Part shown: positions 1 through 7,278 of the stretch, piece by piece | How positions within the stretch are numbered: position 1 is the first letter of the stretch | Layout: every line of letters begins with the position of its first letter | Origin: an uncultured Myxococcales bacterium | GTDB lineage: Bacteria > Myxococcota > UBA4151 | DNA length: 10,878 nt | NCBI GenBank assembly: GCA_964013405.1 | Contig: CAXGWI010000121.1 | Coordinates: forward strand, 1-10,878 | Reading direction: 5' to 3' | The notes under the pieces: model-generated | The model's database searches: none | Told to the model about the DNA's origin: nothing | Seen by the model: the letters and a program-made list of their open reading frames with translations, nothing else | Translations under genes and position numbers: made by a program

Positions 1-644
1 CCTAGAACCTGCACCTCACAGTGATGGGGGGCTTCAAGGAGTCGCTCAAGGAAGCCCCCCCGCTCGCCGAAAAACCGCTCCGCCTGATCTTGAACCTGGT
101 GGGCCGACCGCAACAATCGTTCCGGCTTCTTCACCTTCTTCATACCGATGCCACCGCCACCAGCGGTCGCCTTGATCAAAAGAGGAAAGCCAATGCGCTG
201 GCCCCAGGCCTCGATCTCGGCATCATCCGATGCGAGCAATGGGGAGCCGGGCAGCACCGGGACCCCCGCAGACTCAGCCGCGGCCCGCGCCTGCGTCTTC
301 GACCCCATGGCCTCGATACAGTCAGGCTCCGGACCGATGAAGACCGCGCCCGCTGCTTCCACAGCCCGGGCAAAGTCCGCGTTTTCTGACAACAAACCAT
401 AGCCTGGGTGAACAGCTTCAGCGCCGGTTTTCTTCATCACATCAAGGACACGCTCGATCTGCAGATAACTCTCAGCCACCGGCGCTGGCCCCACGCAATA
501 AGCTTCATCGGCCAAACGGACATGGAGGGCACCTTCGTCCGCTTCGGAATAGACGGCGACCGTCTCCACACCCAAACGGCCTGCAGTCCGTATCACTCGA
601 CAGGCGATCTCGCCCCGATTTGCAATGAGGATCTTTTTGAACAT
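1..644 (-). CDS. Biotin carboxylase (AccC-like subunit, or BC domain of an acyl-CoA/urea-type carboxylase), first 214 codons, 3'-truncated by the window edge
   Basis: Manual translation from ATG 644: MFKKILIANRGEIACRVIRTAGRLGVETVAVYSEADEGALHVRLADEAYCVGPAPVAESYL...HPGYGLLSENADFA...FIGP...MGSK...IGFPLLIKATAGGGGIGM...LERLLEAPHHCEVQVL. It contains the IANRGEIA, HPGYGxLSEN and KAxxGGGGxGM ATP-grasp signatures. Missing from the ORF track because there is no stop inside the window. Confidence 0.96.
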   Translation of the reverse strand, partial: MFKKILIANRGEIACRVIRTAGRLGVETVAVYSEADEGALHVRLADEAYCVGPAPVAESYLQIERVLDVMKKTGAEAVHPGYGLLSENADFARAVEAAGAVFIGPEPDCIEAMGSKTQARAAAESAGVPVLPGSPLLASDDAEIEAWGQRIGFPLLIKATAGGGGIGMKKVKKPERLLRSAHQVQDQAERFFGERGGFLERLLEAPHHCEVQVL

Positions 645-674
645 CCCAGCGCCCAAGCGGCCCGCGAGATCAGG

Positions 675-1361
675 CTAAAAGACGTACTTAATCGCCGGTG
701 AAATCGAGAGATAAGGGATATTGTGTGCGGCACCTGAAGCCATGGTTGGGCCAAGGACGAGCCCACCGGAAACATCCGCACCCACAACGAAGCCAGTCAG
801 CAGCGTGAGATATTTCACCGAGAGTCCCGCACTGACATTCAAATGCATACTCGACCCCTGGGCTTCCGTCGGTGTGGTCACCGGCTTGCCGCTCACGTCG
901 ATGGCATCTTGAGCAATCACCAAGCCGCCACCAGCTTTGACTTCCAGGCCCAAACGCAACTGTTCGATGAGGATCAGATAGGTCACCTGGGGGTTGATAA
1001 AGGTGAGGGAGTAGTCCTGAGGCGGCAAAATCTTCTGGGATGGGTCCGTCCCGGGCATCGTGTAGAACTGCTCGTCACCCACGGCAGCACCGGCAACATA
1101 GCCGGTACCAAACAACAGTTGGACACCAACGTTGTCGGTCAAGTCCTTGCCCACCGCTAACCCCACGAAGGGTTGCAGGGCGCTGTTACCCACCGAGGCC
1201 GCCACCTGTGTGCTACAGTCGAGGGGACAGTGCTTTACACCACCAAAGCGCATGAAGGCGCCGAGGTCGGACTCCAGGTACCACCCACGTGGGATCTCAA
1301 ATTCACTGGCCTGGGCCATGCCCGGAGCCAATAAGACGATGCTAAGAAGAAAGCGTTTCAT
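675..1361 (-). CDS. gltH: GltH/CglE/NfsH-family outer-membrane beta-barrel protein (228 aa)
   Basis: Signal peptide ending AQA|S. Mature start EIPRGWY resembles CglE EIERGxY. Amphipathic beta strands; GLSVKYLTLLTGFVVGADV resembles CglE GxGVEYYTRLRHFSVGLEV. C-terminal beta-signal SPAIKYVF. Starts 20 nt after the gltG stop, with GAGGA/AGGA SD. Confidence 0.82.
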   Translation of the reverse strand: MKRFLLSIVLLAPGMAQASEFEIPRGWYLESDLGAFMRFGGVKHCPLDCSTQVAASVGNSALQPFVGLAVGKDLTDNVGVQLLFGTGYVAGAAVGDEQFYTMPGTDPSQKILPPQDYSLTFINPQVTYLILIEQLRLGLEVKAGGGLVIAQDAIDVSGKPVTTPTEAQGSSMHLNVSAGLSVKYLTLLTGFVVGADVSGGLVLGPTMASGAAHNIPYLSISPAIKYVF

Positions 1362-1381
1362 GGGAATCCTTGTCCTCAGCG

Positions 1382-4300
1382 TCAGCCGGACTTCTGGAAC
1401 ATGAAGGGATAGACCACTTGAACAATCCCGCCACCGCGAGGCTGCGGGAATTTCATCATCTTGATGATGCGGTTGATGCAGTCTTCCGTGGGAGAGTGAT
1501 TCATCGTGGTCTGATAAATCTTGGACATCTTCACGCGACCGGTACCGGCGATAATGAACTTCGTCGTCACCTTACCCTTGAGGTTTGGCTTCTTACTCAG
1601 TTCCTTCTCGTAGCAGTACTTGATCTGGTTCAGGTGCCGACGAATCACCCGCGCAATTTCCTCGCGGGAGAGCGAGCCCTTAATCACGGTACGGCCCGGT
1701 AGAATCCGCGTCGTGCCGCGACCTCGGCCACCGAGATCAACAGAACCTAGACCACCGGTCCCTCGACCCGTGCCGCTACCGAGACCGCCAATGCCGAGGG
1801 CGTTCCCGCCGCCACCGGCGCCCGTGCCCCGGTAGCCAAGTCCACCGGCGCCACCGGCATCGCCAAACTCACTACCGCGCAGACCACCGAGCGCATTGTT
1901 AATGCCCGTGCCAAGTCCGCCAGGACCAAAGACGTTGGAGACCGCAGCGTTGCTGCCCGTCAGACCCAACAAGCCCGCTTTGAACGCAATCTTGCGGTCA
2001 CGTTCACGCTTGTTCGGATCCACGGTAGGTGCACCTTTCTTGGAGGCGAGGGCATCCTTCTTAGGCTTGTCCTTTTTGCCAAACTTACCCTCTTTATCCT
2101 TATGCTTCCCACCATCCTTGGCACCGGAAAGATCGAGCTTCTCTTTCTTCTTCTCTTTCTTGTCCGGCTCTTTGAGGATGATCTGCACGAAGCGATTAGG
2201 ATTCTTGAACAGGTCCTCGGAGAGTCGATTGGGATCGACCGGCGTCAGAATGAAGATGGCAATCAATGCCAAGTGAATGAGCAATGATGCCGCCGCGATG
2301 TTGGCAAACAACCAGTCGAAGCGTTGCAGGAAAGGCACAACGGGAATCGCATCGGTCGCCACGTAGCGGAAGACCAGCGTCAAAGACCCAGCCTTCAGAG
2401 CGAAGACCTCTCCGTCGTTGAGACGGAAATCTCCGCTTGCGAGGCGGCCGCTGCTCGCCAGCTGGTCCTTCTTTTGGATCTCACCATTGATACTCGCTTC
2501 GGCATTCGAGGTGCCGGGCACATGAATCACGTGGCCATTACCATCGAAAGAGGCGATGGTGTAGCTCGTGCCAATCTCACCGAAAGCAGGATCCGTTACA
2601 TCGATATCGGCCCGGGCACCGGTGCCGATGGAAACCTCTCCCTGGTTGGCGCCGAACGAGTTGGTGTAGAAGAGATCCGGGCCCCAAAAGACGTCCACCT
2701 GCAGGCGGCGGGCTGCCGCCCCCCCAGTGTTCGCATCGGCGGCCGTAAACACCGCCGGAGAAATCGTTTCGCTCGGCTGATAAGCCTCAGGAATAGACGC
2801 TAACAGAGCAGCATCAGGGGCCGCGTCCTCAAACTCACCAGGAGGCACGGCAAGATTACTCGAAATGTAGCGAACCGTGTAGGCGATACCGCCGATCGAA
2901 AAGGCTGCAGCCTCGCCATCTCTCAGTTGGATGGAATTGCTGCTACCGCGATCGCCCAGCCCCGAGCCGACAAGAACCTGTGAGCCGTCCCAGACGGCAA
3001 GACCGCCCCGGGCATCCGCAGCCAAGTCCAAACGAACATTCGACCCATCACCAGTGACCTTGACCAAGTCCTCGCCAACCACTTCCCGGGTCGACCGATT
3101 GATCCCTAGACCCAACAGGCAGATGACCAGCCCAAACATAATCCAGAAGTAGCCGACCCGCCGCTCGACGACGAAGGACGTACCGAACTTCTCAAGGGCC
3201 CCAGCCGAATCCTTGGCCTGCATCGCGGCGAAACCCAGCAAGGTCTCGGTGGCGTAGTTGTAGGCGCCCGTGGTCCGACCTAGGTCGCGACCCGCCTCGC
3301 TGATCCGCTCCTTAAGTTGCGCGGCGCCAGCGATAATCTCCGATCGAGCGCGCTCATCAGATTTGCGCTTCTGATTCATGGCCCAGGCCAACACGGTCCG
3401 GTCCAGGAGATGGCTCGCCTCCTCGGTCAGCTTCGTCAGATCGCCCACCATCTGAGAGTCGGTGTAATCAGCATGACCCTTCTTGGTGATGAGGCGAAGT
3501 TGTAAGGTGGGTCCATTGATCGGGTGCAGATAGACACGCCAGATGGTCAACAGGTCGGCTTTGACACCGCTGACAGACTTTTCGAGGTCGGGCTTACTAC
3601 ACGACCATCGAACTTTGGCTTTCTTGGTCTCGCCCTCGGTCGTTTCAGCCGACTGTTTCATTTGCTCGCAAACGATACCGAGGTCGCCTTCTGCCTGACC
3701 GTCCTCTTCGGCATCCGCGGTCTTCCGAATCCACTCAACCTGGCTAACAAAGAGCGGCTTTCGGATCGATGCATCGGCCCCAGCGTCCGAGACGGAAACA
3801 CTTGTGAAGACCTTCGTGCGCTCCGAAGCACGGCGCTCCAGCCCCTTGATAACCGTTTCCAAATCCTTGGCATCGACCGGGAGATCGCTTTCGACATCAA
3901 TCGACGCGATCTGGAGGCTACGGCGGTCGTCTTCCTTCAGGTCCGGCGGCTCAGGCTTGTCACTAGCCGGTGGCTTGGCCGCGGGGTCTTTAGGATGATT
4001 GGCCATCTTCTTGGTGAGATCACCATAGAGTTTGCGAAATGCTTGGTAGCGGGTGTCATCAGTGAGTTCAGCAAACTCTGCATGTTCTCTGCTCGGCTTG
4101 GAACACACAGCTTTCGGCTCAGGCTTCGGCTCTCTCGCCGTCTTCGCAGCCGCAATCTCTTCTTCGGTGGGCGGCATCCAGTAGCAGCCAATACCGCCAT
4201 CGTAGAAAGTCTCGATCCCAAGCCGCTTCTCGCCCTCCGCAGCCTTAAACTGGTCCATCGCAGAGGCAGTCCAAGCCTCAAGCCGCTTGTCCACCTTGGC

Positions 4301-5563
4301 GGTGTCGACCTCGTGACCCTCAATCGTACCGGCTTTCACCTGGTCCAGTTGGAGGCGGCGGCGCTCCAGACCGACACGGACTTTCACCAATTGGGCCGCG
4401 AGGTCAGTTCTCTGTCCCGCCCAGGCCTTAGACCGCACCGGATCAAACGGCTTGCTGATCTTGGTCGCAATGCCATGCTTACCAGCACCCAGCACACAAT
4501 CGGCACCCGGAATCATTGGCGCTTTACTGCCCTGTTTGGCCGCTCGACGCTCGTTGAGCCATGAGTCCACTTCGTTCTTGTCGAGCATGCACGCTTCGGT
4601 GTCGGTCTGGGCAACCTCTTTGGCCACGATATCGAGTTTGGCGATCGCCTCACTCACCACCATGTCCAAACTGGTGCATTCGCCCGTCAGACGTCCCTTG
4701 TCGTCACGCTCACCACAGCGCTTGCCACCCCAGATCTTCTTCTTCACATCGTCCATGAGGAAGTCGACCAGTTGGGCTTGGTCCATCGCTCGAAACGCTT
4801 TACGGGCATCGTATTGCCGGGGCTCTAGTTTCTGCCGCCGGGCCCGATCCCGTAGTGAATCCTCACTCTCGCTTGCGAGTTGGACTCGGAGATCTTTGCC
4901 GAGTTCGCCACCCTCCACGTAAACCTTCGCCTGAGCTTTGGCCTTGTCGGCGATGCTGCTGCTCCAGTCCGGGATCAGATCCAAAGTCGGTGCGAGCTTG
5001 TCCCCGCCGAGATTGGCGAAGCTCACGAAGATCACCAGCAGCGCAACGATCGAAAGGGCAAGGTCAGCGGCACGGGAAATACCGCGATCTTTGAGGAAAC
5101 TACGAGCGACGAAAGCCAGCGCGAAAACGACCACCGCCACCAAGCCATAAATCACCGCTGTACCAGCGACTTCGCCGACCTCTAGTCGATTCCCCGACCC
5201 GGCTGGAAACTCGAAGGCATAGGCTTGAAACCAGGGCTGAACCAGTGCGAAGCCGCCGAGCGCAATGCTGACCAGGCCGGCGATCATCGCCGCCATCAAG
5301 CCCTGGTCATAGGCGTCCTTCTTTCCCTTACCGCTGGTATCGGGGAGCTTACCCCCCTTTAACCGGCCGTCATCAGAGAAGGTATCGGTGAGCAAGACCT
5401 CGTCGTCGAGTACACGTACCTCATTACGTTGGGGGTGTTCACCCCAATAACTCCGAAACTGTAACCACTTAAAGGGGCCGGCCCCGCCGCGGTCATCAGC
5501 CGGCAGATCATCGGCAACTCCTTCAACAGGAACGCCGTCGATGTACTTGTTTTCCTCTGGCAT
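1382..5563 (-). CDS. gltG: GltG/PglI/NfsG-like inner-membrane TonB/TolA-like transducer with a large N-terminal multi-TM/periplasmic insertion (1393 aa)
   Basis: The C-terminal part is canonical: TM with SLLIH motif (aa 1084-1106), Lys-rich stretch (KHKDKEGKFGKK), Gly-rich linker, and AgmX/PglI C-terminal TonB-like domain (LSREEIARVIRRHLNQIKYCYEKEL...C...FPQPRGGGIVQVVYPFMF, nt 1382-1672). Four extra hydrophobic segments lie at aa ~88-112, ~132-157, ~165-182 and 803-821. The reading frame is uninterrupted. Confidence 0.88.
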   Translation of the reverse strand: MPEENKYIDGVPVEGVADDLPADDRGGAGPFKWLQFRSYWGEHPQRNEVRVLDDEVLLTDTFSDDGRLKGGKLPDTSGKGKKDAYDQGLMAAMIAGLVSIALGGFALVQPWFQAYAFEFPAGSGNRLEVGEVAGTAVIYGLVAVVVFALAFVARSFLKDRGISRAADLALSIVALLVIFVSFANLGGDKLAPTLDLIPDWSSSIADKAKAQAKVYVEGGELGKDLRVQLASESEDSLRDRARRQKLEPRQYDARKAFRAMDQAQLVDFLMDDVKKKIWGGKRCGERDDKGRLTGECTSLDMVVSEAIAKLDIVAKEVAQTDTEACMLDKNEVDSWLNERRAAKQGSKAPMIPGADCVLGAGKHGIATKISKPFDPVRSKAWAGQRTDLAAQLVKVRVGLERRRLQLDQVKAGTIEGHEVDTAKVDKRLEAWTASAMDQFKAAEGEKRLGIETFYDGGIGCYWMPPTEEEIAAAKTAREPKPEPKAVCSKPSREHAEFAELTDDTRYQAFRKLYGDLTKKMANHPKDPAAKPPASDKPEPPDLKEDDRRSLQIASIDVESDLPVDAKDLETVIKGLERRASERTKVFTSVSVSDAGADASIRKPLFVSQVEWIRKTADAEEDGQAEGDLGIVCEQMKQSAETTEGETKKAKVRWSCSKPDLEKSVSGVKADLLTIWRVYLHPINGPTLQLRLITKKGHADYTDSQMVGDLTKLTEEASHLLDRTVLAWAMNQKRKSDERARSEIIAGAAQLKERISEAGRDLGRTTGAYNYATETLLGFAAMQAKDSAGALEKFGTSFVVERRVGYFWIMFGLVICLLGLGINRSTREVVGEDLVKVTGDGSNVRLDLAADARGGLAVWDGSQVLVGSGLGDRGSSNSIQLRDGEAAAFSIGGIAYTVRYISSNLAVPPGEFEDAAPDAALLASIPEAYQPSETISPAVFTAADANTGGAAARRLQVDVFWGPDLFYTNSFGANQGEVSIGTGARADIDVTDPAFGEIGTSYTIASFDGNGHVIHVPGTSNAEASINGEIQKKDQLASSGRLASGDFRLNDGEVFALKAGSLTLVFRYVATDAIPVVPFLQRFDWLFANIAAASLLIHLALIAIFILTPVDPNRLSEDLFKNPNRFVQIILKEPDKKEKKKEKLDLSGAKDGGKHKDKEGKFGKKDKPKKDALASKKGAPTVDPNKRERDRKIAFKAGLLGLTGSNAAVSNVFGPGGLGTGINNALGGLRGSEFGDAGGAGGLGYRGTGAGGGGNALGIGGLGSGTGRGTGGLGSVDLGGRGRGTTRILPGRTVIKGSLSREEIARVIRRHLNQIKYCYEKELSKKPNLKGKVTTKFIIAGTGRVKMSKIYQTTMNHSPTEDCINRIIKMMKFPQPRGGGIVQVVYPFMFQKSG
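3590..4195 (-). repeat. Two-copy degenerate protein-level repeat GIxC-x22/26-CSKP within the GltG insertion
   Basis: Copy 1, nt 4094-4195: GIGC-YWMPPTEEEIAAAKTAREPKPEPKAV-CSKP. Copy 2, nt 3590-3679: GIVC-EQMKQSAETTEGETKKAKVRWS-CSKP. Confidence 0.6.
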
Positions 5564-5596
5564 CGGTTCTCTCAGCGGGGCGCAGCCCCTATCACT

Positions 5597-5860
5597 TTAG
5601 ATGTTGTCGGCGCTGGCGAAGATTTCGGGCCGAAAGTTCTGCCGAACCTTAATGAAGTTCTTGAACTTCACATTCTTTCGGACACCCACGTAGGCGCCCT
5701 CTGGCTTGGTCAACTCACCGGAGATATTCACGTCGGAGAAGTCGATGGACGTCTTCTTCTTGTAGATGGTCTTGTCCTCCTCTTGGACAACACCCTGCGC
5801 CATCGCTGGGGTGGCCCCGAGGCCAATGCCGAGCATGGCGGCGATTAGAAACTTCTTCAT
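5597..5860 (-). CDS. gltF: GltF/CglF/NfsF small secreted protein (87 aa)
   Basis: Signal peptide ending AMA|Q. Mature region YKKKTSIDFSDVNISGELTKPEG...FKNFIKVRQNFRPEI matches the GltF pattern (KKTxIDFxDxxIxGELxKPEG...FxxxIxxRxNF). Strong SD upstream; canonical position between gltE and gltG. Confidence 0.93.
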   Translation of the reverse strand: MKKFLIAAMLGIGLGATPAMAQGVVQEEDKTIYKKKTSIDFSDVNISGELTKPEGAYVGVRKNVKFKNFIKVRQNFRPEIFASADNI

Positions 5861-5874
5861 CTTCCTCTCCTTTC
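5861..5874 (-). promoter_or_regulatory. Strong Shine-Dalgarno region of gltF
   Basis: The minus strand reads GAAAGGAGAGGAAG-ATG immediately before the gltF start; AAGGAG lies 6 nt from the ATG. Confidence 0.8.
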
Positions 5875-5876
5875 AA

Positions 5877-5955
5877 CAACGGCGCCTTTAGGCGTCGCCT
5901 TTTACCCGTTGCCTCTCACCCATGACAAGCAACGCTTTCTCCCTCCGATGAAAGC
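5877..5955 (-). other. Cluster of short inverted repeats in the 134-nt gltE-gltF intergenic region
   Basis: GCTTTC/GAAAGC (5934-5939/5950-5955); CGTTGC/GCAACG (5907-5912/5929-5934); CGCC/GGCG core (5883-5886/5891-5894); CAACGG/CCGTTG (5877-5882/5906-5911). No U-tract on the coding strand. Confidence 0.4.
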
Positions 5956-5994
5956 CCGGCGATGCGGCCTCTGCAATCGGACAGTTCGCGGGGC

Positions 5995-7275
5995 TCAACC
6001 ACCCTCGTTGAACTCCTTCTCCATGGCGATCTGTTCTTCCAGCTCATTGATCTTCTTTACGATCTCGTGTTTGGCACCCAACTTGGATGCCCCACCCATC
6101 ATCGTCACGTATTTCTTGTACTCCACCACAGCGGGTTCCAGCTTTGACAAGAGTCGCTCATAAATACCAGCGATCGCTAATTGGGCCCGACCATTCTTCC
6201 GGTCGATTTGGAGGACCTTCTCGAAGGCCGCAATGGCTTCCTTGGCCTTCACCTCTAACTGGTCCGGCTTGTCGGCGAGGGCAGCTGCGACCGCTTTCTT
6301 CGCATGGGCAACCGCTTCAAGCGCCTCTGGGTGGCTAGGCTCGGATTTCAGCACCCGACCGTAGTGCTCCTCGGCCTTACCGAAGTCACGGTAACGAAGT
6401 GCCACCGCGCCGATGTTCAGATGGGGTTCGAGGAGGTCCGGATTCAGTTGAAGGGCCCGGCGCCAGCTCGCGAGTGCGCGCCCTTGCTCCCCTCGCTCGA
6501 TCCAGATCATGCCCATGTTGTTGTGCAAGGGGGCATGGGATTTCCCCTGCTTGATCTTCGCCAATTTGAGTTTATCCCAGACCAGCCCCGTCACGCTTTC
6601 AGCTTTCGCCAGATACAAGCGCTTGGTCGCCTGATCCTTCTCCCGCTGCGCCCGCCCAAAATAGATGGAGCTCAGATTCATATAGGCGTCCACAGAGTCC
6701 GGGTGACGACTCAGGAGTTTTTGGATCAGTTCTTCGGCTTTCTTCTCCTCGTGCCGGAGCCGGTGAAAGACCACCATGCTGGCGAGAATCGTCGGACTGA
6801 ACTCATCCTCTTTCGCCATGGCCTTCAAGATTTTCAGGCCTTCTTTCAGATCCTCTTTTTTCGCCCGCCGCCGCAGCGCATCGACCAGCGTCATCTTAAA
6901 GCGCTTGTCATCGGGTTTCGCTTTCAGCAACTCCCGCACCCGCTTCAGCCCTTCGTCATTCTCGCCCAAGAAGATCAGACTGCGAGCGAGCACATACCTT
7001 AGTTCGTCATTACCCGGGTTGGCTTCGAGTCCCATGCGAGCGAAGTCACGGGCATCCGCGAACTGTCGCTTTTCAAGGGCTTCAAACGCTTTCTTCACCG
7101 CCGCCGCCCGGTCGCGCTCCAGTCGTTCCTGCCGCTCACGCTCCTCACGAGCTGCCCGCTCTTCAGGGGTCTCCGTCGGCTCCTCTTTGACGACCTGCCG
7201 CTTGGCACAACCGGCCAAAGGACCCAGCATCCCAAAGGCGAGAAGTCCGCTGACTATCCAACGTCCCATGCGCAT
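5995..7275 (-). CDS. gltE: GltE/AglT/NfsE-family TPR lipoprotein (426 aa)
   Basis: N-terminal positive charges, hydrophobic stretch and lipobox LAG|C23. TPR motifs APLHNNMGMIW, ALQLNPDLLEPHLNIGAVALRYRDFGKAEEHY (LxYRDF/Y is typical of AglT). Starts 3 nt after the gltD stop, with GGGGA upstream. Confidence 0.85.
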   Translation of the reverse strand: MRMGRWIVSGLLAFGMLGPLAGCAKRQVVKEEPTETPEERAAREERERQERLERDRAAAVKKAFEALEKRQFADARDFARMGLEANPGNDELRYVLARSLIFLGENDEGLKRVRELLKAKPDDKRFKMTLVDALRRRAKKEDLKEGLKILKAMAKEDEFSPTILASMVVFHRLRHEEKKAEELIQKLLSRHPDSVDAYMNLSSIYFGRAQREKDQATKRLYLAKAESVTGLVWDKLKLAKIKQGKSHAPLHNNMGMIWIERGEQGRALASWRRALQLNPDLLEPHLNIGAVALRYRDFGKAEEHYGRVLKSEPSHPEALEAVAHAKKAVAAALADKPDQLEVKAKEAIAAFEKVLQIDRKNGRAQLAIAGIYERLLSKLEPAVVEYKKYVTMMGGASKLGAKHEIVKKINELEEQIAMEKEFNEGG

Positions 7276-7278
7276 GGC

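Noticed and set aside
55..61. C7 homopolymer as a frameshift or phase-variation site in the carboxylase
   Set aside because: The frame stays intact through it (…FGERGGFLER…EVQVL) and the run is short.
21..701. Plus-strand ORFs 21..389, 148..402 and 408..701, and minus-strand ORFs 176..400 and 593..787
   Set aside because: They are antisense or out-of-frame shadows of the clear biotin carboxylase gene on the minus strand, with no motifs of their own.
1720..1930. Repetitive ccgcc/accgg-rich DNA
   Set aside because: It encodes the normal Gly-rich linker of GltG; it is not a CRISPR array or a tandem DNA repeat.
3524..4564. 346-aa plus-strand ORF inside the unusual gltG insertion (possible nested gene or mobile element)
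   Set aside because: It shares codon boundaries with gltG on the opposite strand and has the L/R/F-rich composition expected from reverse-complemented K/E/A codons. It has no transposase, homing-endonuclease or other motif.
3101..5302. GltG insertion interpreted as an intein or as two genes fused by a sequencing error
   Set aside because: There is no intein-like C/S start with an HN-C/S/T end, and the insert contains TM helices. Matching halves of one domain flank the insert in a single frame, and I see no internal SD-start pair, which argues against accidental fusion. Read mapping would still be needed to exclude misassembly.
5861..5994. Known riboswitch (e.g. c-di-GMP-I) or intrinsic terminator in the gltE-gltF spacer
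   Set aside because: I could not match a consensus by eye, and there is no U-tract after the stems on the coding strand. It is kept only as a low-confidence structured spacer.
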